Assembly (NCBI GenBank): GCA_964016885.1
Contig: OZ024743.1
Span: 202,120,001 to 202,184,000 of the forward strand
Direction: 5' to 3'
Length of the DNA: 64,000 nucleotides
Origin: Eledone cirrhosa
Taxonomy: Eukaryota
The position numbers and the translations under genes are program-made. Positions 53,560 to 64,000 of the stretch are shown piece by piece; the stretch's first letter is position 1; every line of letters begins with the position of its first letter. The notes under the pieces are model-generated. The model was given only the letters and a program-made list of their open reading frames with translations. It did not search any database and had not been told where the DNA came from.

Positions 53560-54780
53560 GTACAACAAGGTTTACCTGCAATTGCTCGTCTGGAAGGTCG
53601 ATGCAGTGACGAGATATTAGTAAGCTAAGACCTTGCCAAAAATCATCGAGTCCAGACAGAACTGTAAATATCCCTCTTACACCAAGAACATGTCAAGGCA
53701 ACATCTAAGATGTGCCACTATTTTGGTTTTGGCTGTTACCATATTAGTTTGTGCCTAATCGGGAGACAGCCGTTACCATGTTAGTTTGTGCCTAATTGGG
53801 AGACATAGCCAAGAGATCGCAATCACAAATTTATGTTCAGCATATAAACCGAATAAAGATTCAAGTTCGAGCTTCCAGTACTATGTTATCCATGAATATA
53901 TTTTCATACGTAGGGATCATTGCCAAGTATCACACGCCTGCCCAACTTATTCGTAGTCCGTATGTTTCTGTCAATGGAAGAGAAGAGATTAGCTCGCCTT
54001 ACTCTTGATATCCAACCGCCAACAGAGATTAGCAATAACCCATATGAAACAACAAAGCTATGTCTGAAACGCTTATAAGATCTCAAAAAGGAGACGATAG
54101 TAAGTAGATGCTGAATAACTTCAACTATATACTTTGAAAAGAGATATGTTTTGATTCTATACTGTTAATAAGGAGATGGTTTGCCCTACCTATCTGTGAG
54201 AGGCCATAAGGTGATAGATCATATAGCCATTCTGACTGACCAAAATAATATCTCGCTGCGTTGATTATCACACAATTATTTTTGAACGATCATTCTCCAA
54301 CAAGATTCCTACCGGAAGAGGAAATCTCTGCTACTATCTTATAATGATTTCTCAGAGGCTTTATAATACAGGAAGTCAGACAAATCCCTTGGTTCTGATA
54401 GTATTCTTTCAAGCTCTTTAAGTATGATAGTTTGGAGTTTTGGCACCAGCTGAACCCCATATTGACCTGATCTAGGAAACAGGGGATATCCCAGAAGATT
54501 AAAAATATGATAACATAGTGACAATCCTCAAGAAGGGTGATAGAACACTCCGTGGAAAGTAACATAGAATATATATTTTTTTAGCACAGTTGGCAAGATC
54601 AACATTTACACGCAACGTCTTCGGCGGATTTATCTCAGTAGAATCTCAACGTCACTTTCTACCCTTCAGGGGTAGATCTGATATAGTTGTCTCTGCACAA
54701 CAACTTCAGCGACTATATATTTATTTTCTGTCACCTAAGAAAGTCCTTTGACAAAGTGTCATGACCGACAATGTAGATGA
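53560..54780 (+). pseudogene. Decayed RTE/BovB-like LINE (RT remnant 54300-54780)
   Basis: KSLGSDSI..LFKY..NIVTILKKGDR..STVGKI..ESQRHF..RGRSDIV..QQLQ..LRKSFDKVS; the upstream part is less certain. Confidence 0.65.
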
Positions 54781-54831
54781 ATTTAGCCTGTTTTGGATTT
54801 TGGTTTTTGTATTTATTATTACAATAAACAG

Positions 54832-55325
54832 TGCGGGGATTGGCAGTATTAGAAGAAGGTCAGACGCCATGCTTTGTAACATAGAATTACGGTCCTTTAC
54901 GGTGTGAGTTCAAATCCCACCGAGGTTAACTTTGCCTTTCATCCTTACATAGTCGATAAAATAAAGCACCAGTAATGTACTGGGTAATTAGTGGCCTTGT
55001 GCCTAAAGTAGAAACAATTATTACTACACACACACACACAAATATGTATGTGTGAATATATGTATATGTATTGGAGCGTCAGTTGAAATGCTTCATTGCA
55101 TATATTTAACCCCCATTATGTTAAAAATTCGGGGTCGATAAAATAAAGTACCAGTAATGCACTGGGTAATTTGCTGGCCTTGTGCCTAAAGTAGAAACAA
55201 TTATGTTAAAAATTCAAATCCTGCCGAGGTTAGCTTTGCCTTTCATCCTTACAGGGCTGATAAAATAAACTTTCCCCTCCCCCCAAAAAATTACTGGCCT
55301 TGTGCCTAAAGTATAAATCATTATT
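54832..55325 (+). mobile_element. SINE cluster (one full copy, two partial)
   Basis: Same A/B boxes and core as 4121. Confidence 0.8.
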
Positions 55326-56194
55326 TCCTCTAGCATTATTGGAACAATCAAGGAATATTTTAGAAATCTGTCTGTATATGGCGTAATTGTTTTTCTTCAC
55401 AAATTGAGACAAAAACCAAAAAGCAGAAATTGATTTATGCCATTATATGTTAGAGGTTATATGTTTCTTGCAATCAGTTGAGCGTGTAGTATATTTGCTT
55501 TAAGACTATATATATATAGAGAGAGAGAGAGAGAAAGAGAGAGAGCGAGAGAGAGATTGATATCCGTGTCTGTGTGTGGGTTTATGAATTAGTGCGTGAA
55601 TGTATGTGTATATATATATGTGAAAATGATGAGGGAGAAAGAAAGAGCAGGAATTGACTGAATATAATTATATTAAACAATTACGCTGTAAATTAGTGCA
55701 ATCTGGCCGTGGAAGTCATGACAGACAGACACATTTCTATTTTGATTGAATTTATGACTTTTCCTATTATATTTTTTATTGTATAAATTCAACATTTGTC
55801 CTAATTCCGTCTGGCTTCCTCACCTACACAACCACATACACTGATGCACACTCATGATATACAACGAAACACATACACGCATACATATACAAACAACTCC
55901 CAACCAAATAAATACACACACACAAATAAAAAAAAAGAAGAAAATCACATATACTGCCCAATGCAGACTTACTAGCATACATACTCATACGTGCATATAT
56001 ATATATTTACACACATATACCTACACATTCTAAAAACACTTCTTCGTTTATATATACGCACACACACTTAGATACAAAAACACATACATACAAACAAATA
56101 TACATTCATACATATATACAAACATATATATATATATATATAAAATATTAAACAAATAATGAATAAAACAATTCCTTATATTAAACAAAAAAAG

Positions 56195-56349
56195 TTCATT
56201 ATTTAACGATCGTTTCTAGGGTATATATGTGTTATAATTGGTATGCATATTCAACAGATCTATGTACAAAATTATACAAAATTATACAAATTATCAAGAT
56301 TAAATATACATACCTAACACATATATACGCCGTCTTCAGAAATAATGAA
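56195..56349 (-). ncRNA. Type I hammerhead with ~116-nt stem II
   Basis: ttcattattt-CTGAAGA-cggcgtatatatgtgtta...taacacatatatacccta-GAAA-c-gatc-g-TT-aaataatgaa (10-bp stem I). Confidence 0.85.
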
Positions 56350-57172
56350 GTATATTTATTGATAATAACAACAATTCAAAATATCAGTTCAAAATTGACC
56401 AATGAAAACACAAAGGGTTAAAAGCAGTTCGGTGTGTGTATATACATGTAAAATCCTTACACATATTTTACAAAAATGTGTGTATAATTTGTATACGCAT
56501 ACTAAAAAGATGGATGCAAACACAAAATTTCAAGGTTAATATCTCCGTAAGCTTAATGCGCTGATAAGATGCGCATTGATACTTATGGAGTCAAGCATAT
56601 AAATATATTTTTTCATACTCACACATATCAGTATAATCACACATACATGCGCGTATATGCATAAATATACACATAACCACGAACATACAAACACACACAC
56701 TCCCCCACTCACATTTATATATGTGGATATAAAATCATAAGCACATAGAAATTAAATCACTCACATAAAACACTGGCACACACATTTCAAGATCAAGATA
56801 CAGAAATTAGGTGGGAGGGGGGGGGAGGGGTCAGTATTCAATTGTCTGAGCAGACTGCCTAATATAAATGTATCTATAAATTAAGAAAAATAAAAAAATA
56901 AAACAATAAAGTATAATAAATATAAAATAATATACATACACATACAGATATATATACACATACATACATGTACGCGCACATAGAGATATTTACGCATACA
57001 CACATACACACATACATATACAGTCATACACACACATACACTTACACGAACATACACATACACATATAAAAAGATATATATATATACACACACACACGCG
57101 CAACACAAACACACATACACATATATATAAAAAATAGATAATAAAGATATATATCCATATATATATATATAT

Positions 57173-57227
<55 letters not shown>

Positions 57228-57316
57228 TATACACACACATACACATACATCTAAATATACATACACATACATACACACATACATGTACATACATGTACAT
57301 ACATATATGCACATCG

Positions 57317-57360
<44 letters not shown>

Positions 57361-57684
57361 TCACATAGACATATAGATACATACACACACAACTTACATA
57401 CACACGTATATATATATATATAGATGTACCTTCATACATAGAATTAGATATATAATCATACATACATATGCACCTACTTATACTCATATATATAAATACA
57501 TACGCTTCCATATATGTGTATATACATAAAAAATAATACAACCTCACCAAACTCAGACATACAAATAAAAATAATAATAAAAAGGCACATGTATATACAT
57601 ACACACACGCATTAATAGAGATATATATATATACACACATACATACACATATATATATATATACACACACACACATACACACAC

Positions 57685-57733
<49 letters not shown>

Positions 57734-57869
57734 TAGACTCATACACATATATATATATATATATATATATAAAAACATATATATCCCCACACTCATACCA
57801 CCATAAATACACATACAAACACCCACATGTATATATATATATATATATCTATATACACACACGTACACA

Positions 57870-57905
<36 letters not shown>

Positions 57906-58227
57906 CACACACATAAAAAACAGACATGCACATATATATATATATATATATATATTTTATTACTCTTATATATACACATATTATATATACATACACAACC
58001 TCACTTAACACATATACACATAAGTTATATTATAATAATAAAGAATAATATACATATATATATATACATATACATATATATATATATATATATACATACA
58101 TACATACACATACATACATACACATAAATATATACATACATAAATACACACATACGAAAAAAGACATATATTCACACATAGACACCTATATATATATATA
58201 TATATATATCTATATATATATATACAC

Positions 58228-58258
<31 letters not shown>

Positions 58259-58855
58259 CACACACACACACACACACAGACACACATACACACTCACATA
58301 TATATATATATATATGTGTATGTGTGTGTGCACACATACACACTCACATATATATATATATATATGTGTATGTGTGTGTGCACACATACACATATATACA
58401 CACACACATACAAACACACACAAACACATACATATGCATACGTGCACACACACACACATATATCACATAGATACGAAGATAAACATATAAATAGAGAGAC
58501 ATACATATATATACACACAACACACATACACATACATACACGCATATACATATACATACATATATATACATATATATATTCCTATATATACAAGCATACA
58601 CATACATACACATATATACACATACATAGACATATACATACAACACATTCACATACACATACATATATAATGCATATATATACATATATATACATACATA
58701 TGTATGTACAATCATATATACACACACGATCTTACATTCATATTTGCATGCTCATATATGTATTTTTATATTTAGATATAAATACCCAAACCTATATAGA
58801 CACCTACCTACATATATATTCATACATAGATGCTTACAAATACAGATGATAATAG

Positions 58856-60907
58856 TTCATATATAAAGAACTCAGAAAAAATTATAAAAAATCTAATAAT
58901 GTGTCACTCACCAACATCAACAACAAAACACACAACATAGTAAAAAAACTAAACATTGAAGATAGAACTGAACCTTTGGCATTGAAAAGACCACACTTCA
59001 ACCTGAAAGATCACAAATCTAACTTTAACTCTAATCCTTCTATTAGACTTATATGTCCCTCCAAATCAGATATTGGAATAATTAGCAAAAAAATTTTAGA
59101 TAGAGTCATCCCACAAATAAGAAAACACGTTATTTTACCACTCTGGGAAAACACCTCCCAGGTAATTAACTGGTTTAAAAATATTAGGTGTAAATCTTCT
59201 GCTTCTTTCCTACAATTTGATATAGATAATTACTATTCTTCTATATCACCTATACTCCTGAACAAAGCATTAATATTTGCTAAAAATAGATCTAATTTAA
59301 CTTCGGATGACATTAACATTATTACACATGCTAGACTAACACTTATTGAATTTCAGAATGAATATTGGACCAGAAACACATACAGTAATCTTTTTGATAT
59401 TACTATGGGTTCAAGCGATTCCGCCCAAATTACTGATCTTGTGGGCCTCTTTCTCCTTTTCAACATAAATGCCTCTTTTCCCCACCTCAAAGGTGGTTTA
59501 TATCGTGATGACTGTCTTCTTCTTTCTAACAACCTTAGCCTTTCAGAAATCGAAAAAAACAAAAAACATATTAGAACTTTCCTTAAAGACTATTATAATC
59601 TTAATATTACTTTTGAAAAAACAAGTAAAGTAGTAAATTTCCTAGATATAACTTTAGATTTAGCTACGGGTATATACCAACCTTACCATAAACCTAACCA
59701 AAACTTACATTACATACACTCACAATCTAATCACCCTAAATCTATCCTTAAAAACCTTGCATATAATATATCACTTAGAATTTCTAACCTTTCTTCTAAC
59801 CAAGATGTATTTGATAAAAATGCGACCTTTTATAATGAAGCTCTAGATAGAAGTGGCCACAAAAATAGATTAGAGTATATACCTTCTACTAAAAATACTG
59901 AAAGCATACAGCATAATATTACCAACAAACACCAAATGAAAAGTACACACCTAAATGCCACCCACAATATACCCCAAAATACTAAATCTTCTAATATAAA
60001 GTATAGTAACCCTCAAAAAACTACTCATCATACAACTATAATAAATATTAATAATAAAACTCCTAATATAAAAGATAAAACACCTAAATCTACAAATATA
60101 ACTAAAAATAGTTGTGGTGAGATCATTAACATTAATCCTCCTAGTAAAAATCATGATACAACCTATAAAAATAATAAAAATAATAAACAACATAGAAACC
60201 GTAATAGACGAGTTACTTGGTATAATGCTCCTTTTAATTTACAAGTTAAGGATAATATTGCTAAAAAATTTTTTTATATCCTTGAGAAAAACTTCCCGCC
60301 AAACCACAAATACCATCAAATCTTAAATAGGTCTACAGTTAAATTCTCATACTCTACAACAAATAACATAAAACAAAATATAAGTGCATATAATGCATAT
60401 AAATGTAAGAAAACCATAAGTATACCACCAGTACATCAAATTAACAATAATATCTCCTCAAATACAGAATTAACGAAAGGATGTAACTGTAGAAACAAAA
60501 CAAACTGCCCATTAAAAGGGAATTGTCTTGTTAACAACATAGTCTATAAATGTAATGTTAAAACTAAAGATTCTATTTGCTCATATATAGGAGCTACCTC
60601 TAACAATTTTAAGACAAGGTTTAATACCCACAAGCATAGTTTTAAAAATGCCGCACTGGCTAATACAACATCTCTAGCAGAAAAAATCAATAGTTATAAA
60701 AATAAGAATATAAAATATGATTTGACCTGGAGTGTGCTCAAAAGAGCCACCCCTTATCAAAATAATAGAAAGGAATGTAGATTATGTTCCCAAGAACTAT
60801 TTGAAATAATGAAGTCTAAGGATATCTTATTAAATAAACGACAGGAATTAATTATATCGTGTAATCATAAACTAAAAAAAACATTTAAATATTATAAACC
60901 TAATTAA
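58856..60907 (+). CDS. Penelope-like reverse transcriptase plus GIY-YIG endonuclease (N-terminally truncated)
   Basis: LKDHK..RLICPSKSDIG, FLQFDIDNYY, FDITMGS, GLYRDD, VNFLDITL, SNHP, CNCR..CPL..IVY..YIG..FKTR..H..CRLC; frame is open back to the inversion junction, so the GTG at 58901 is not the true start. Confidence 0.95.
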   Translation, partial: FIYKELRKNYKKSNNVSLTNINNKTHNIVKKLNIEDRTEPLALKRPHFNLKDHKSNFNSNPSIRLICPSKSDIGIISKKILDRVIPQIRKHVILPLWENTSQVINWFKNIRCKSSASFLQFDIDNYYSSISPILLNKALIFAKNRSNLTSDDINIITHARLTLIEFQNEYWTRNTYSNLFDITMGSSDSAQITDLVGLFLLFNINASFPHLKGGLYRDDCLLLSNNLSLSEIEKNKKHIRTFLKDYYNLNITFEKTSKVVNFLDITLDLATGIYQPYHKPNQNLHYIHSQSNHPKSILKNLAYNISLRISNLSSNQDVFDKNATFYNEALDRSGHKNRLEYIPSTKNTESIQHNITNKHQMKSTHLNATHNIPQNTKSSNIKYSNPQKTTHHTTIININNKTPNIKDKTPKSTNITKNSCGEIININPPSKNHDTTYKNNKNNKQHRNRNRRVTWYNAPFNLQVKDNIAKKFFYILEKNFPPNHKYHQILNRSTVKFSYSTTNNIKQNISAYNAYKCKKTISIPPVHQINNNISSNTELTKGCNCRNKTNCPLKGNCLVNNIVYKCNVKTKDSICSYIGATSNNFKTRFNTHKHSFKNAALANTTSLAEKINSYKNKNIKYDLTWSVLKRATPYQNNRKECRLCSQELFEIMKSKDILLNKRQELIISCNHKLKKTFKYYKPN

Positions 60908-61430
60908 TAACATTATTCTAGAAATTAATTTAATTTAAATGTTAGCTAACCTATAAATTTAATTTAATTAATATTTTATTACAGATAAGAAAATATTATG
61001 TAATCATAAATTGTGAAAAACCTTTAAATATTACTAATATATACTTAGTAATTTAATTTATAGATTAATTTTAATTTATTTAAACCTTTTATTATAATTC
61101 TTTTACAGATAAAATATAACAAAATAATATCATGTATCCAATGACGGAGAAATAATTTTTAGTATTATAGACCTAATTAATATACATTTTGGAAATATAT
61201 TTATTATTTGGTTTTAGTTTTAATCAACCTAAAAATTTTAATTTTAATTTGCTTAAAATTAGTATCCTTATACAGACGAATTGCAGAATGTCATGTAATC
61301 ATAGAATGGGATGTGTTTTGGATATATACCTAGTTAATATATTCTGTGCAATTTTTTGAAAAAGATATGTATATGTATATGTGTATGTATATGTGTGTGT
61401 TGTGTATGTGTATCTGTATGTATGTATATA

Positions 61431-61483
<53 letters not shown>

Positions 61484-62625
61484 ATATGTATGTATATGTG
61501 TATGTGTATGTATATGTATATGTATGCGTATTAATTTTGATTTCTATTTGCATATAATTATATTATGCTATTGATGAAATACAATATCTGCTTTATGTAT
61601 TGTATACCTAATTAACATATACTAATTAACGTATACTATTGAAATAAATATATAATTTTTAATTTAGTTAACATATAATTTATATGCTACTACCGATGTA
61701 ATACTTTATTTTATTTTTATTTGGGTTTCTTTTCCCTATTACTAAATTCATCTCCTAATATTGATACCATAACGTTATTAACTTTAATTTAGTTATACTG
61801 TAATTAATAATCTACTACTGTTTGACTTCAAAATTCTGCTTCAAATATTATAAACCTAACTAATTTACACCTTAGAAATCAATATGTTGACTATCTTTGG
61901 TTTAGTTAACATATGATTAATGGTATACTTATTTATTTTGAGATGCATAGATTTCGTATTTCCTAGCACTGAAAATATGTAAGAACATACATTGAATTAA
62001 GATACGGAAAATATTATATGTTTCTTGAAACATATATTTACTTTGATCCCCTTCTCCAAACCCCCCCTTTCCCCCATACTATTATCATCTGTATTTGTAA
62101 GCATCTATGTATGAATATATATGTAGGTAGGTGTCTATATAGGTTTGGGTATTTATATCTAAATATAAAAATACATATATGAGCATGCAAATATGAATGT
62201 AAGATCGTGTGTGTATATATGATTGTACATACATATGTATGTATATATATGTATATATATGCATTATATATGTATGTGTATGTGAATGTGTTGTATGTAT
62301 ATGTCTATGTATGTGTATATATGTGTATGTATGTGTATGCTTGTATATATAGGAATATATATATGTATATATATGTATGTATATGTATATGCGTGTATGT
62401 ATGTGTATGTGTGTTGTGTGTATATATATGTATGTCTCTCTATTTATATGTTTATCTTCGTATCTATGTGATATATGTGTGTGTGTGTGCACGTATGCAT
62501 ATGTATGTGTTTGTGTGTGTTTGTATGTGTGTGTGTATATATGTGTATGTGTGCACACACACATACACATATATATATATATATATGTGAGTGTGTATGT
62601 GTGTCTGTGTGTGTGTGTGTGTGTG

Positions 62626-62656
<31 letters not shown>

Positions 62657-62981
62657 GTGTATATATATATATAGATATATATATATATATATATATAGGT
62701 GTCTATGTGTGAATATATGTCTTTTTTCGTATGTGTGTATTTATGTATGTATATATTTATGTGTATGTATGTATGTGTATGTATGTATGTGTATATATAT
62801 ATATATATATATGTATATGTATATATATATATGTATATTATTCTTTATTATTATAATATAACTTATGTGTATATGTGTATAAGTGAGGTTGTGTATGTAT
62901 ATATAATATGTGTATATATAAGAGTAATAAAATATATATATATATATATATATATGTGCATGTCTGTTTTTTATGTGTGTG

Positions 62982-63017
<36 letters not shown>

Positions 63018-63153
63018 TGTGTACGTGTGTGTATATAGATATATATATATATATATACATGTGGGTGTTTGTATGTGTATTTATGGTGGTATGAGTGTGG
63101 GGATATATATGTTTTTATATATATATATATATATATATATGTGTATGAGTCTA

Positions 63154-63202
<49 letters not shown>

Positions 63203-63526
63203 GTGTGTGTATGTGTGTGTGTGTATATATATATATATGTGTATGTATGTGTGTATATATATATATCTCTATTAATGCGTGTGTGTATGTATATACATGT
63301 GCCTTTTTATTATTATTTTTATTTGTATGTCTGAGTTTGGTGAGGTTGTATTATTTTTTATGTATATACACATATATGGAAGCGTATGTATTTATATATA
63401 TGAGTATAAGTAGGTGCATATGTATGTATGATTATATATCTAATTCTATGTATGAAGGTACATCTATATATATATATATACGTGTGTATGTAAGTTGTGT
63501 GTGTATGTATCTATATGTCTATGTGA

Positions 63527-63566
<40 letters not shown>

Positions 63567-63655
63567 CGATGTGCATATATGTATGTACATGTATGTACAT
63601 GTATGTGTGTATGTATGTGTATGTATATTTAGATGTATGTGTATGTGTGTGTATA

Positions 63656-63714
<59 letters not shown>

Positions 63715-64000
63715 ATATATATATATATATGGATATATATCTTTATTATCTATTTTTTATATATATGTGTATGTGTGTTTGTGTTGCGCGTGTGTGTGTG
63801 TATATATATATATATCTTTTTTTATATGTGTATGTGTATGTTCGTGTAAGTGTATGTGTGTGTATGACTGTATATGTATGTGTGTATGTGTGTATGCGTA
63901 AATATCTCTATGTGCGCGTACATGTATGTATGTGTATATATATCTGTATGTGTATGTATATTATTTTATATTTATTATACTTTATTGTTTTATTTTTTTA

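Larger units (their letters stand above)
56141..64000 (+). mobile_element. Penelope-like element with ~2.7-kb inverted 3' copy at its truncated 5' end; runs off the window
   Basis: 56893-58856 is the reverse complement of 62078-64000; RT+GIY-YIG ORF between them; hammerhead at the outer end of the left arm; (TA)n flank. Confidence 0.92.

Noticed and set aside
58901-60907. Telomerase or complete autonomous element
   Set aside because: C-terminal GIY-YIG identifies a PLE; the N-terminus is lost at the inversion junction, so this copy is probably not autonomous

Overview
AT-rich, microsatellite-saturated animal genomic DNA. The SINE types and repeat landscape suggest a cephalopod such as Octopus (inference). 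No host gene is recognisable; the window is almost entirely retroelements. It contains (1) Penelope-like elements (PLEs): a 5'-truncated but uninterrupted RT+GIY-YIG ORF at 58856-60907 and two further GIY-YIG remnants; (2) three head-to-tail R4/Dong-type RT+REL retrotransposons separated by (TAA)n tracts (25.5-38.6 kb); (3) an internally deleted L1/Tx1-like element, CRE and RTE fragments, tRNA-derived SINEs and a Helitron-like fragment. The main signal is non-coding. By eye I find about 23 intact or decayed type I hammerhead ribozyme motifs (CUGAnGA...GAAA..UH) from roughly a dozen families. Most lie in elements inserted into (TA)n tracts as head-to-head inverted pairs. One is a young 467-bp tandem unit with intact hammerheads, a retrozyme-like candidate predicted to release a 467-nt structured, possibly circular RNA. 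It has a diverged 428-bp sister family with covarying stems. All coordinates and pairings were read manually; none were computed.
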